From NCBI GenBank assembly GCA_963674945.2, contig CAXXWQ010000004.1, positions 2,048,001-2,112,000 on the forward strand: 64,000 nucleotides of DNA, read 5' to 3'. The DNA comes from an uncultured Desulfosarcina sp. GTDB lineage: Bacteria; Desulfobacterota; Desulfobacteria; Desulfobacterales; Desulfosarcinaceae. This document shows positions 10,211-20,288 of this stretch, piece after piece. The stretch's first letter is position 1. Each line of letters begins with the position of its first letter. The notes below the pieces were generated by a model. The model saw nothing but the letters and a program-made list of their open reading frames with translations, was not told where the DNA came from and did no database searches. The position numbers were made by a program, and so were the translations under genes.

Positions 10211-11395
10211 TCAGTCACAAAGCTCGAACAGGGCGGCGGCACCCATACCTCCGCCGATGCACATGGATTCCACACCGTACTTGACACCCTTGTGCTGCAT
10301 GTTGGCCAGCAGGGTTGCGCACAGCTTGGCCCCGGTGCATCCCAACGGGTGGCCCAGGGCGATGGCACCGCCGTGGATGTTGATGATATCCATGCTGTCT
10401 TCAAGACCCAGTTCGCGGATGCAGTACAGGGCCTGGGAAGCAAAGGCCTCGTTGATCTCCCAGAGGCCGATGTCGCTGGTTTTCATGCCGGCCAGATCCA
10501 AAAGCTTGGGAATGGCATAGCGGGGGCCCACGCCCATTTCATCCGGCTCGCAGCCCACGGTGGTGTACATCTTCAGCTTGGCGATGGGTTTGAGTCCGTA
10601 CTTTTTCACGGCCTCTTCACTGGCGATGATGCTGGCCGCCGCGCCGTCGGTGGTCTGGGACGAATTGCCGGCGGTGACCGATCCGTTGGCGGCAAATACG
10701 GCCCGCAGTTTGGCCAGTCCCTCCAGTGTCGTGGTGGCGCGAACACCGTCATCGAAACCCTGTAGAAAGGTTTCTTTTTTGTAGGTGCCGTTTTCCTGGA
10801 GAACGAACTTGGCCGCCGGTGTGGGCACGATCTCGGTGAAAAGGCCTTCTTTCTGGGCCTTGGTGGCCCTCATCTGCGATTGGTAGGCAAAGGCATCCTG
10901 ATCCTCGCGGCTTACGTTGTATCGGTTGGCAACGTTTTCCGCAGTGATTCCCATGGAACAATACAGATCCGCCTGGGCCCTGGAATGCTCGGGATGAGGG
11001 CGCGGCAGATTGCCGCCCATGGGAACATAGGTCATGGACTCCACACCCCCGCCCATGGTCATTTCGGACCAGCCGGCCATGACCCGCAGGGAGGCAAGGG
11101 CGATGGCTTCCAGACCGGAGGAGCAGAACCGGTTGACGGTGGCGCCGGAAACGGAGATGGGGAAACCGGCGATCTGGGTGGCCAGGCGGCCGATGTTGAG
11201 TCCCTGCTCCGCCTCGGGAAAGGAGCAGCCGATCATGACATCGTCGATATCCTTGGGTTCGATGGCGCCGGTTTTTTCGACCGCGGCCTTCATGATGAAG
11301 GAGAGCAGGTCTTCGGGACGGGTATCTTTCAAAGCCCCTTTGCCGCGCCGGCATCCGGGCGTCCTGACGGACGTAACGATATAGGCATCTCTCAT
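10211..11395 (-). CDS. fadA: Acetyl-CoA C-acyltransferase (thiolase)
   Basis: VNRFCSSGL (catalytic Cys), EINEAFA, GHPLGCTGA, MCIGGGMG. Confidence 0.95.
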   Translation of the reverse strand: MRDAYIVTSVRTPGCRRGKGALKDTRPEDLLSFIMKAAVEKTGAIEPKDIDDVMIGCSFPEAEQGLNIGRLATQIAGFPISVSGATVNRFCSSGLEAIALASLRVMAGWSEMTMGGGVESMTYVPMGGNLPRPHPEHSRAQADLYCSMGITAENVANRYNVSREDQDAFAYQSQMRATKAQKEGLFTEIVPTPAAKFVLQENGTYKKETFLQGFDDGVRATTTLEGLAKLRAVFAANGSVTAGNSSQTTDGAAASIIASEEAVKKYGLKPIAKLKMYTTVGCEPDEMGVGPRYAIPKLLDLAGMKTSDIGLWEINEAFASQALYCIRELGLEDSMDIINIHGGAIALGHPLGCTGAKLCATLLANMQHKGVKYGVESMCIGGGMGAAALFELCD

Positions 11396-11413
11396 TGTGA
11401 GTCCTCCTTGTTT

Positions 11414-11538
11414 GACGGATTCGTAAAAAGTCCGATATCGGCGTTACGCTTCATCCTTCGTCACTGCGGAGTACGATAAGGTACGCCTCATTCCTCAGGA
11501 TTCGCAAGCCTTGATCTCGGGCTTTTTACGAATCCGTC
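11414..11538. repeat. ~125-bp palindromic interspersed repeat (MITE/REP-like)
   Basis: Terminal arms GACGGATTCGTAAAAAG ... CTTTTTACGAATCCGTC with nested imperfect stems; a partial copy lies at 51487-51559. Confidence 0.85.
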
Positions 11539-11570
11539 CGAAAAGAGACCTTTTATGAGTTCCTCTTTGT

Positions 11571-13979
11571 TTAATTCCGTAAAGGCTTGCCGGTGGTCAG
11601 CATGTGCTCGACGCGGGCCACGGTTTTTTCCTGTTTCCAGAAATCGATGAACGCCTCTCTTTCCAGATTGAGAATCACCTCTTCATCCACCATGCTGTTG
11701 GTGCGTACATCGCCGCCGCTGAGAACAAAGGCGATCCGTTTGGCCAGGAACACGTCGTATTCGCTGACGTACTTGGCCGACTGCATGTTGAACAGCTCGG
11801 CGGCGATCATGCCCTGGGCTGCGGCGCCGAGAACCTGGATGGGCCGCTTTACAGGTGGTGCGTAGCCTTCATCGACCATCTTGAGGACCTCTTTCTTGGC
11901 TTCCCCGATGAGATAGTCACGGTTGAACACGATGCGATCTTTGGGTCCGAGGAAGCCGTTGGCGCGGGCCTCGGCCGCTGACATGGAAACTTTGGCCATG
12001 GCAATGGCCATGAAGGTCGGAACGAAAAACTTGGCCAGATCCACGTCCGTCACCGACGCGGGAATGTCGCAGGTCATCTTCTTCCACAGGTTGAGGCAAC
12101 CGCCGCCGCCGGGCAAAAGGCCCACGCCGATTTCCACCAGTCCCATGTAAAGCTCGCTGTGGGCCACGATCTTGTCGGCGGCACCGATGCAGACTTCGCA
12201 GCCACCGCCCAGGGTCAGGCCATAGGGAGCCGCAACAACCGGGAAGTTCGCGTAGCGCACCTTCTGCATGCCGCTCTGGGCCTTCTTGAGGAAGGCGTCG
12301 ATCTCGGCATACTTTCCCTCTTTGGCCAGCCCGGCCATGTAGAACAGGTCGCCGCCTGCGGAAAAGGCCCCGGGCATACCGCCAGCCTGATTGCCGATCA
12401 CCAGACCGGCGCCGTTGGCATCCACGTAGTCCATGCCTTCTGCCATGAAATCCACGATTTCGCCGTTGATGGCGTTCATTTTGGTATGGAATTCCAGGCA
12501 GAAGACGTCATCGCCGATATCCACCAAAGAGGCGGACTTACAGGTCTTGACGGTTTTGTTGTCGGCCTTGCGGCCAGCCAGAGAAATGATATTGTCGCTA
12601 AGTTTTACCGGCTTGTAGGTGGATGAGGCAAAATCATAAAAATAGGGGTTGCCGTTTTCCACCTTGTAAAAGCGTTCGTTGCCGGCGGCAAGCATGACCT
12701 TGACTTTTTCAGGAACGACCATGCCGTCGGCTTCCATCTTGGCCACCGATTCGGCAACACCGATGGCATCCCAGGTTTCGAAGGGCCCCATTTCGAAATT
12801 GTAGCCCCATTTCATTGCATTATCGATTTCGACGATGGTGTCGGAAATTTCAGGAATTCGGTTGGCCGAGTAGATCAGGTTGGCGGCAATGGCCTTCCAG
12901 GCAAACTTGGCGCCCTTGTCGTCGCCGTAAACCACCGCCTTGATTTTCTCCGGCAGGGTTCTGGCGGCCTTGGCGGCAGCAATACAGGGAAGTTCCACCT
13001 TGCCGTACTCGCCATGTTCCAGGGTGGCCGGATCGATGACCTTGCGGATCTTCTTCCACTCGGGCGTCAGATCAGTCTTATAAAACCCCACCTTGGTCTT
13101 TTTCCCCAGCATCTTGCCCTCGATCATCTTGCCCACGAACGCAGGCATGACAAAATCGTTCCGGGCTTCGTCGTCGGGAACCATGTCATAGGTGTTTTGG
13201 GCCACGTGGGCCATCGTGTCCAGACCGACCAGGTCGGCGGTCTTGAACATGGCGGTTTTCGGACGCCCCATGGCCGGACCGAACAGGGCGTCGACCTCGG
13301 GAATCGTCAACCCCTCTTCCATCATCAGTTGCATGGTCTTGACCATACCCTGAACACCGATACGATTGCCCACGAAATTGGGGGTATCCTTGGCCCATAC
13401 GATGCCCTTGCCAAGAACCCGTCCGCCGTAGTCGGCTATGAATTCCAGAATTTCGGGAAGTGTCTCTTCCCCGGGAATGATCTCCAGCAGCTTCATGTAG
13501 CGGACAGGATTGAAAAAATGGGTCCCCAGGAAATGTTGTTTAAATTCGGTGCCAAGATCTTCGCTCATGCTCTTCAGCGGAATGCCGGAGGTGTTCGAAG
13601 AAACGATGGCGCCCGGCTTTTTCACCGGTTCGATGCGTTTGAGCAGTTCCTGCTTGATCTTCAGATTCTCGACCACCACTTCCACGATCCAGTCGCATTC
13701 GGCCAGTTTGTCGAAGTCATCCTCAAGATTGCCAATGGAAATCAGATCGGCATCCTTGGACTGCATGAGAAGCGCTGGCCGGGACATGAGAACCGTATCC
13801 AATCCGGCTTTGGCCATCCGATTCCTGGCGACCGGGTCATTTTTCTCCTCGTCCGTAAGATCGAACGGAACGATGTCCAAAAGCAGCGTTTTCACGCCGG
13901 CACTGGCCAGAAGCGCCGCAATGCCGCCGCCCATGACACCGCTTCCGATGACCGCTGCCTTCCTGATTTTTCTGGTCAT
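11571..13979 (-). CDS. fadN: 3-hydroxyacyl-CoA dehydrogenase / enoyl-CoA hydratase (FadN type)
   Basis: GSGVMGGGIA, SSNTSGIP, HFFNPVRYM, KDTPNFVGNRIG; C-terminal crotonase LGGGCE and EIGVGLLPGGGG; ends TGKPLRN. Confidence 0.93.
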   Translation of the reverse strand: MTRKIRKAAVIGSGVMGGGIAALLASAGVKTLLLDIVPFDLTDEEKNDPVARNRMAKAGLDTVLMSRPALLMQSKDADLISIGNLEDDFDKLAECDWIVEVVVENLKIKQELLKRIEPVKKPGAIVSSNTSGIPLKSMSEDLGTEFKQHFLGTHFFNPVRYMKLLEIIPGEETLPEILEFIADYGGRVLGKGIVWAKDTPNFVGNRIGVQGMVKTMQLMMEEGLTIPEVDALFGPAMGRPKTAMFKTADLVGLDTMAHVAQNTYDMVPDDEARNDFVMPAFVGKMIEGKMLGKKTKVGFYKTDLTPEWKKIRKVIDPATLEHGEYGKVELPCIAAAKAARTLPEKIKAVVYGDDKGAKFAWKAIAANLIYSANRIPEISDTIVEIDNAMKWGYNFEMGPFETWDAIGVAESVAKMEADGMVVPEKVKVMLAAGNERFYKVENGNPYFYDFASSTYKPVKLSDNIISLAGRKADNKTVKTCKSASLVDIGDDVFCLEFHTKMNAINGEIVDFMAEGMDYVDANGAGLVIGNQAGGMPGAFSAGGDLFYMAGLAKEGKYAEIDAFLKKAQSGMQKVRYANFPVVAAPYGLTLGGGCEVCIGAADKIVAHSELYMGLVEIGVGLLPGGGGCLNLWKKMTCDIPASVTDVDLAKFFVPTFMAIAMAKVSMSAAEARANGFLGPKDRIVFNRDYLIGEAKKEVLKMVDEGYAPPVKRPIQVLGAAAQGMIAAELFNMQSAKYVSEYDVFLAKRIAFVLSGGDVRTNSMVDEEVILNLEREAFIDFWKQEKTVARVEHMLTTGKPLRN

Positions 13980-14047
13980 GGTGAAACCTCCTTATAATTT
14001 CGATTCCAATCCTTACGGTTTGTGAAACCGAGTCGGATACATCAAAA

Positions 14048-14067
14048 ATGAATGAGTATTCATTCAT
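14048..14067. promoter_or_regulatory. TetR-family operator (FadR/YsiA-like box) upstream of fadN
   Basis: ATGAATGAGTATTCATTCAT, a near-perfect palindrome fitting TGAATGANTANTCATTCA. Confidence 0.75.
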
Positions 14068-14213
14068 ATAGCAACAACGATAACCGTATGTCAAGATCAA
14101 TTCACACGGAGAATTGAAATCCTACCTATTTAGAATTCATGGAAAGAGCAGTCGGCAGATGAGACGACATCCTTCCTGAACGATGGGAAAATCCGGCTTT
14201 TTTCAAATAAAAA

Positions 14214-14231
14214 TGAATGAACATTCACTCA
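14214..14231. promoter_or_regulatory. Second FadR/YsiA-like box
   Basis: TGAATGAACATTCACTCA, about 165 bp from the first box. Confidence 0.6.
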
Positions 14232-14975
14232 AGGAATCGACCTGCCGTCGGCGAACGCCGGTTCATGCAGGGGCAGCAAAATATCGGCCATGTCCCTCAC
14301 CTTGATCATGAGGTCATAGGCCTCGTATGTGTTCACGTGGGTTCCCGGCGGAATCACCTCCATCTCCATGGCACGAATCTGTTTCGGCGGGAAGAAATTT
14401 TCATTGATCACGCAAAATCCGGTAATGGCTGCCATTCCACCGGCCGTCTCCACCAGTACCGTCAATCCTCCTTCGGTGTGGGCAGGGGTATGAAGGACAC
14501 GAATGCCCTCGGCGACGATGTCCCCATCCTCCAGGAGCCGAATCTGGCCGTTCGCCTCCACATCTTCGATGTAATCTTCCACATATCGGAAATCCAAAGG
14601 ATGCGGATCATGAATACGGACCATCTCTTCGGAGTGGACGAATATTTGGGCGTTGGTACACTTATAGTCATTTTCACAGTGGTCGTTGTGAAGATGGGTG
14701 TGAATCACCGTATCGATCTTTTCCGGAGTAAGCCCGTGTTTCGCAAGCCCCTCTTCGAAGGTATAAATCTTTCCGCCGATGGCGCGTTCCCGCTCCCCGG
14801 ATTGCACCGGGTGCATTTCGCCGGTATCGACGATGATGGTCCGGTCACCGCCGTTCAAGTACCAGCAGTAGATGGGAATGGTAAATGGGGTTCCATAATC
14901 ATGTTGATAGGTCATCATCCCTTTGTCGAATTGCTTGGTTCCCACGACGATGGGATAGATTCGGTACAGCGTCAT
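14229..14975 (-). CDS. Metallo-beta-lactamase-fold hydrolase, N-acyl homoserine lactonase-like family
   Basis: IVDTG, THLHNDH (HxHxDH), TPAHTEG, LPLHE; ATG at 14975 after GGAGGA. Confidence 0.85.
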   Translation of the reverse strand: MTLYRIYPIVVGTKQFDKGMMTYQHDYGTPFTIPIYCWYLNGGDRTIIVDTGEMHPVQSGERERAIGGKIYTFEEGLAKHGLTPEKIDTVIHTHLHNDHCENDYKCTNAQIFVHSEEMVRIHDPHPLDFRYVEDYIEDVEANGQIRLLEDGDIVAEGIRVLHTPAHTEGGLTVLVETAGGMAAITGFCVINENFFPPKQIRAMEMEVIPPGTHVNTYEAYDLMIKVRDMADILLPLHEPAFADGRSIP

Positions 14976-15270
14976 CAAAAATCCTCCGGATTGGATACGA
15001 TTCACTGCAGGAAAAAACGATGAGATTGCCAAGCCAGACGATCCCAGATCGGCTAGCATCGACGCGGTCAGTTTCAAATGGGCAAATCACACCACTTCAT
15101 TCAAAGATATTTGATACCCGTCAATTAATGTAGGGTCTATTGCGCACATGGTCAATACCGGTTTTGGCGGAAACCGTCTTCCCGTATTGACAGCATACCC
15201 GTTGAAACTATACATGTTTGCCATAAAATAAAAATGTCGCGCAGAAAAAACGGCAAAGAGGAACGTCTCC

Positions 15271-15612
15271 ATGACCCAAGAAAACGATATCGTGCTGATC
15301 CATTTCGAGGACCAACCCCTAAGTTTTGCACGCATTGAAAAGATACTTCCCAACAGCAAGCCGGATTGGTTTCATGTCACATTGCTGATGCTCCAGATTC
15401 CGCTGCAGGTCGTCACATGGATTTTACGAGACCGGTATATCGCCGGCGACGAGTTTACGATGAACGGGAAACGAATGCGATTGGAACGTGTCGTCTGCCC
15501 GGAACCCCTCGCCGAAGAAGAACCGCCTCCCGCACCCACCCCGGAAAAACCCCCGACGAAAAAAGATGGTAAGGCGAGGGTCATCACCTTGAAGGACAGG
15601 CGCAAGAAATAG
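15271..15612 (+). CDS. Conserved hypothetical protein
   Basis: GAGGA RBS; protein-like ORF (FARIE, WFHV, WILR..YI.GDEFTMNG) with Pro/Lys-rich tail; first gene of an operon with DUF1848 and dusB. Confidence 0.75.
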   Translation: MTQENDIVLIHFEDQPLSFARIEKILPNSKPDWFHVTLLMLQIPLQVVTWILRDRYIAGDEFTMNGKRMRLERVVCPEPLAEEEPPPAPTPEKPPTKKDGKARVITLKDRRKK

Positions 15613-15624
15613 GTCGCCAACCGA

Positions 15625-16512
15625 TTGAAAAACATGGAAAGGGAAACGAAACAGGTCCTGTCCGTATCACGACGAACGGACATTCCCGCATTTTACATGC
15701 CCTGGTTCATGGACAGGGTGAATCGCGGCATGGTCGAGGTGGTCAACCCCTTCAACCGGAGGATCAGGCAGGTCCACGTCTCTCCTTCGCTTGTGCACAC
15801 CATGGTTTTCTGGTCCAAAGACTTCGGACCCTTTTTACAGCAGCGGTGTGGTGAACGACTTCAAGCCATGGGGTACCGACTGTTTTTCAATTTCACGGTC
15901 AATTCCCGATCGACGATCCTGGAACCGGGTGTGCCGCCCCTGAACCAACGACTGGACCAGCTCCGCCGGCTGTGCGACCGGTTTGGCGCCGGTTGTGTTC
16001 AATGGCGATTCGATCCCATCTGCCATTATCTCGACCGCGATGGCAAAACGGCATCCAACACCCATGATTTTGAATCCATCGCAGCGGTCGCCGGCGCGTG
16101 CGGTATCGAAGGATGCATAACCAGCTTCATGGATTTCTATGGCAAAATCAAGCGGCGCACGAAAAACCGCCTGACTCTCGTCTCCCCGAGCATGGATGAG
16201 CGTGCAAAGATCCTTTCGGACATGGAAAAGACCTTGGCCCCTTTTGGAATTCGCCTGAATCTGTGCTGCGAGAATGAGGTTCTTGAACGGCTCCCCCATG
16301 ATTCCACCGTCGTTGCCGGCGCCTGCATATCGGGCAGGCGCATCATGGCGGTCCACGGTGGTCGGGTATCCCTCAAACAGGACACCGGCCAACGGAAGAA
16401 GGCGGGATGCCGCTGCACCGTTTCCGTGGATGTGGGCTCGTATGATCTTCACCCCTGCCACCACAACTGCCTGTTCTGCTATGCCAATCCGGCCTGCGAT
16501 AAGAGGCGCTGA
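15625..16512 (+). CDS. DUF1848 family protein
   Basis: SVSRRTDIPAFY, VFWSK, WRFDPI, GCRCTVSVDVGSY..C.H.C.FCYAN. Confidence 0.88.
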   Translation: MKNMERETKQVLSVSRRTDIPAFYMPWFMDRVNRGMVEVVNPFNRRIRQVHVSPSLVHTMVFWSKDFGPFLQQRCGERLQAMGYRLFFNFTVNSRSTILEPGVPPLNQRLDQLRRLCDRFGAGCVQWRFDPICHYLDRDGKTASNTHDFESIAAVAGACGIEGCITSFMDFYGKIKRRTKNRLTLVSPSMDERAKILSDMEKTLAPFGIRLNLCCENEVLERLPHDSTVVAGACISGRRIMAVHGGRVSLKQDTGQRKKAGCRCTVSVDVGSYDLHPCHHNCLFCYANPACDKRR

Positions 16513-16514
16513 CC

Positions 16515-17516
16515 ATGAGAATCGGCAATGTGACCATCGAAAACTTCACGGTGATGGCTCCCCTGGCCGGCATCACCAATTTGCCCATGCGCCTCTTGGC
16601 CAAGCGCGCCGGCTGCGGCATGGTATGCTCGGAGATGATCAGCTCCAACGGGTTGGTCTACCGATCCGGCAAAACAATGCAACTTTTGGACAGCAAACCG
16701 GAGGAAAAGCCCCTATCGGTGCAAATATTCGGTGCAAATCCGGACATCATGGCCGAAGCCGCGAAGATCGTGGAGGATTCCGGAGCTGACATCATCGACA
16801 TCAATTTCGGCTGTTCCGTAAAAAAAATTCTAAAAAGCAATTCAGGCGCCGCCCTGATGAAAGATCCGCCGCTTTCGAAAAAAATCTTGCAATCCGTCCG
16901 TAAGGCCGTCTCCATTCCGCTGACCATCAAGATCCGATCCGGTTGGGAGTCTTCGGGTACCCAGGCATTGGAAATCGCCCGCCTGGCCCAAGAATGCGGC
17001 GTCGATGCCATTACCGTTCACCCGCGAACGGCCACCCAGGGCTTTCGGGGAGAGGCGGACTGGTGCATCATCGGTATGGTGAAAGAGGCGGCGACCATTC
17101 CAATCATCGGAAACGGCGATGTGACAACCCCTGAAGATGCCCTTCGCATGCTGCGGGAAACCGGGTGTGACGGGGTGATGGTGGGTCGGGCGGCCATCGG
17201 CAATCCCATTATCTTCGATCAAATCCTGGCAACGGCAAATGGTCGTCCTGCACCGACGCTGGATGATCGCCAGCGTATCGACATAATGCTCGCTTACCTG
17301 CGTGATTCGGTCCGTTACATGGGCGAGGACATGGCCTGTCGAATGATGCGCAGCCGGCTTTGCTGGTTCGTCAAGGGAATGCGTAACGCCGTACATTTCC
17401 GAGACGCCATTCGGTTCATCGAAACGGAAAAAGAAACCGTGGCGTTGATACAGCGATATGCGAGGGAGATCGGTGCGGCATACGTTGATGATCCCGAAAC
17501 GAGGGACGATGGATGA
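16515..17516 (+). CDS. dusB: tRNA-dihydrouridine synthase B
   Basis: MAPLAGIT, IDINFGC, GAALMKD, TIKIRSGW, TVHPRT, IGNGDV, MVGRAAIGNP. Confidence 0.93.
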   Translation: MRIGNVTIENFTVMAPLAGITNLPMRLLAKRAGCGMVCSEMISSNGLVYRSGKTMQLLDSKPEEKPLSVQIFGANPDIMAEAAKIVEDSGADIIDINFGCSVKKILKSNSGAALMKDPPLSKKILQSVRKAVSIPLTIKIRSGWESSGTQALEIARLAQECGVDAITVHPRTATQGFRGEADWCIIGMVKEAATIPIIGNGDVTTPEDALRMLRETGCDGVMVGRAAIGNPIIFDQILATANGRPAPTLDDRQRIDIMLAYLRDSVRYMGEDMACRMMRSRLCWFVKGMRNAVHFRDAIRFIETEKETVALIQRYAREIGAAYVDDPETRDDG

Positions 17517-17540
17517 TGGACGAAAGACACGGGAAGAAAA

Positions 17541-17574
17541 AACCGAGAACCGAGAACCGTGAACCGTGAACCGT
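17541..17574. repeat. Heptamer tandem repeat (AACCGWG, about 5 units)
   Basis: aaccgagaaccgagaaccgtgaaccgtgaaccgt between convergent genes. Confidence 0.8.
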
Positions 17575-17577
17575 ATA

Positions 17578-18516
17578 CTACCTACCCGGAACCAATATAC
17601 TGCCCACGGGAAATATTTCCTTGGATGATGACCTTCCCAAGGCTTTTTTCGGTGATACCTGCTCGATGATCATCTCCCCAATTCTGGGACCGGGAGCGAC
17701 AAACCGCTGCCCGTCAAATCCAGTTATGGATTGACTTCCATCCAGCACGGAGAAAAGGTCCCCTTTTTCGATTCCCACATCGCTTCCGGCGGCAAGCACA
17801 AAAGAATCATCCTCTATGGCGGCGATGGAAGCCACCCAGCGGCTTTGGGAAATGACATCACCCATCTGACGGCCCAACGCCTCTCCCATCTCCCTGGCCA
17901 CTTCCACCAATTTGGCCAACTCGATCTCCTGGCCCTTGCCGACGGCTTCGGCTTGCTGCGCATCGATTTTTACATCTTCATTCAAGATGGCAAGTTCCAA
18001 CCGCGCACCGGTGATGACATCATAGACCGCAGATGCGGTGTGAACCTGAAGACGAGGCCCATCATTGCCAAAAAATAAAAACCCCGACTCTTCTTGCCGC
18101 ACACGGATATCCATGAGCATGGGGCTTACGACTGAATTGATTCCCATCTGTCGTGCCGACTGTACAAGGGCCTGGACATCGATTCCGCCGTTTTCCTTCA
18201 TCGGCGGCCGTTTTAAAAAGGAGGGATGGTCTTCGCCTCCCGGTAATAGAAGCATCGCGTTTTCACAGGTTGATGACACACCGGAAAAGAAGGCGTTCAT
18301 GAACGGCACTACCACCTGGGAACTGGTAAAGATGCTGGCATTGGAAAGTGTCATGACACCAACAATCTTTCTGTATTGATGACTTGCGGGAAAATCGCCA
18401 ATGGTCTTTTGTTCCGCCGGACGATAGGACCTGGAGAATTGACACGCGCAGAGCACGGATACGGCCGACAACAGGACAAGTAACCATTTTCCTTTGTGGT
18501 TTGCAGGGAGAATCAT
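17578..18516 (-). CDS. Hypothetical lipoprotein
   Basis: Lipobox-like VLCAC after a hydrophobic stretch; C-terminal [15 protein letters not shown] beta domain; overlaps the queF stop. Confidence 0.7.
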   Translation of the reverse strand: MILPANHKGKWLLVLLSAVSVLCACQFSRSYRPAEQKTIGDFPASHQYRKIVGVMTLSNASIFTSSQVVVPFMNAFFSGVSSTCENAMLLLPGGEDHPSFLKRPPMKENGGIDVQALVQSARQMGINSVVSPMLMDIRVRQEESGFLFFGNDGPRLQVHTASAVYDVITGARLELAILNEDVKIDAQQAEAVGKGQEIELAKLVEVAREMGEALGRQMGDVISQSRWVASIAAIEDDSFVLAAGSDVGIEKGDLFSVLDGSQSITGFDGQRFVAPGPRIGEMIIEQVSPKKALGRSSSKEIFPVGSILVPGR

Positions 18517-18917
18517 GAAGAAACCTCATACCGAGCGCATACGTCGGTGGTCAACCCGCCTCTCGATGTGAACCGCCCGGTCACCTCCATCATCTTGGGC
18601 TGGAGAACACTGACCAGGTCATCGAGTATTCGATTGGTAACGTGTTCGTAAAAAATACCAACGTTTCGATACTGCAGCAGGTAATACTTTAAGGATTTCA
18701 ATTCGACGATACGCCTGTCGGGCGTATACCGAATATCGATGGTACCGAAATCCGGAAGGCCGGTCATGGGGCAGACCGAAGTGAATTCCGGTTGAGAAAT
18801 CGTAATGACCACATCCCGTTTGCCGGCGTAGTGGTATTCGATGGGATCGAGGATATCGGTTTTGACGATATCCGGATTTTCAACTGTATATCGGACAGTA
18901 TGATCATAGTTTTTCAT
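18513..18917 (-). CDS. queF: NADPH-dependent preQ0 reductase (preQ1 synthase)
   Basis: [37 protein letters not shown]. Confidence 0.95.
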   Translation of the reverse strand: MKNYDHTVRYTVENPDIVKTDILDPIEYHYAGKRDVVITISQPEFTSVCPMTGLPDFGTIDIRYTPDRRIVELKSLKYYLLQYRNVGIFYEHVTNRILDDLVSVLQPKMMEVTGRFTSRGGLTTDVCARYEVSS

Positions 18918-19046
18918 ATGGATCTCCAATCGATTTTTTCGGCTCCTTAATAGTGGATGGCGCAATCGGTGTCAAACATTCTGTCGCAATGGCATGTAAA
19001 TTTCCACTTTGAAATTCTGCTTGACAAGAATGGCCCTTCTTGACTA

Positions 19047-19079
19047 TTAGAAAGCCATATAAAAGTTATACTATTCTAA
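19047..19079. promoter_or_regulatory. Tandem DtxR-like operators (TTAG-N6-CTAA type) at the dtxR promoter
   Basis: TTAGAAAGCCATAT (19047) and TTATACTATTCTAA (19066), 19 bp apart, downstream of TTGACA at 19021. Confidence 0.6.
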
Positions 19080-19095
19080 ATTTGAAAGATGAAGC

Positions 19096-19668
19096 ATGAT
19101 ACCAGCCGATCATCATCGATCTCCAGCCAAACCGCTGACAACCGTGATGGAAGACTACCTGGAGGCAATATTCGATCTCAGCCAGGATAAAAAGGTCGTT
19201 CGCGTCAAGGATATCGCCAAACGGATGGATGTAAAAATGCCTACCGTTTCCAGCATGTTGCGTACCTTGAATGATAGAGGCCTAGTCCACTACGAAAAAT
19301 ACGAATACATCGAATTAACAAAAGAGGGCGGGTATGTCGGCAAGGAGATGCGCCGCAGACACGAGGTACTCAATGCGTTTCTCACCGAAATCCTCCAAAT
19401 TGGCCCCGAGAAGGCGAACGAAGAAGCGTGCAAAATGGAACATGCCTTAAGCGGGGAGACCTTGGACAGTTTGATCGATTTCATGGAGTTTATCCAGTCC
19501 TGCCCCCGAACCGGAAAGGTCTGGCTTGAACGCTTTCAAGAGTTCCGGGATCAAGGTCTCCAACCGGAAAAATGCCGTTCGCGAAGCAGTTCATTCTCCA
19601 AAATATTCAAGAAAAAGGTGAAAAACGGACAACCAACGAATACGGGGGAAGACGAGCAGACCGGATAG
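19096..19668 (+). CDS. DtxR/MntR-family metal-dependent transcriptional repressor
   Basis: MEDYLEAI, VRVKDIA..MDVKMPTVS, RRHEVL..FL, EACKMEH; no C-terminal FeoA-like domain; C-terminal SCPR and C. Confidence 0.93.
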   Translation: MIPADHHRSPAKPLTTVMEDYLEAIFDLSQDKKVVRVKDIAKRMDVKMPTVSSMLRTLNDRGLVHYEKYEYIELTKEGGYVGKEMRRRHEVLNAFLTEILQIGPEKANEEACKMEHALSGETLDSLIDFMEFIQSCPRTGKVWLERFQEFRDQGLQPEKCRSRSSSFSKIFKKKVKNGQPTNTGEDEQTG

Positions 19669-19769
19669 GTTTCCAATAAAAAGGCGCACTTTGCCGGTAA
19701 CCGGCGAAAAATGGTAATTCCGCTTCGGATATCTTTCTTTCCTGAGCGGATTTTTTTGAAGAGGCATAG

Positions 19770-19783
19770 TTAGAATTACCTAA
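19770..19783. promoter_or_regulatory. DtxR-like operator
   Basis: TTAGAATTACCTAA directly upstream of the RBS of ORF 19808. Confidence 0.7.
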
Positions 19784-19807
19784 TAACACAAGGAGGATCG
19801 AACCAGA

Positions 19808-20101
19808 ATGACGGCTGAAAAGAACGAAATGCTAAATGTGCTTAGTACCAAATTACATGATCTTCAAAAGGACATTCATCTGCAATGCAACCTGGTCAAT
19901 TCGATCTTGAATGATAATATCGACGACAAAAGCCTTAAACAACTTATCGAACGCTGCCCCAAACGCCTGCGGGAACGCAAACTGGAGGCGGCGATCTCCG
20001 AAGCCATCGAAGTGCTGGATGCGAGCAGGAAGGCCTTTAAATCCAAACAGCTGGAGGTGTTACGGAAAAAGTTGACCCAGACGCTCATCGAAGACCGATA
20101 A
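19808..20101 (+). CDS. Small helical hypothetical protein
   Basis: AGGAGG RBS; C-terminal EAIEVLDASRKAFKSKQLEVLRKKL. Confidence 0.75.
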   Translation: MTAEKNEMLNVLSTKLHDLQKDIHLQCNLVNSILNDNIDDKSLKQLIERCPKRLRERKLEAAISEAIEVLDASRKAFKSKQLEVLRKKLTQTLIEDR

Positions 20102-20144
20102 GGCAACAAGCCACCTGGGCAACGACGAGACGATACCAGGAATG

Positions 20145-20234
20145 TCTTACGGGTTCCATGCCGGTTGACCGCATGGAAAAAGTGAAGGCGTAACTCGATA
20201 CGAAAATCATGCGAGGAGCGCCTTTGCTATTTTT
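20145..20234 (+). promoter_or_regulatory. Leader attenuator-like RNA element, copy 1
   Basis: TCTTACG (20145), hairpin TTCCATGC..GCATGGAA, AGTGAAGGCG (20181), ...CGCCTTTGCTATTTTT. Confidence 0.8.
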
Positions 20235-20288
20235 GGGGTGTGAGAACAGGCCGCATTTTCTAAAATGCCTATTGATGGAGGAATTCTC

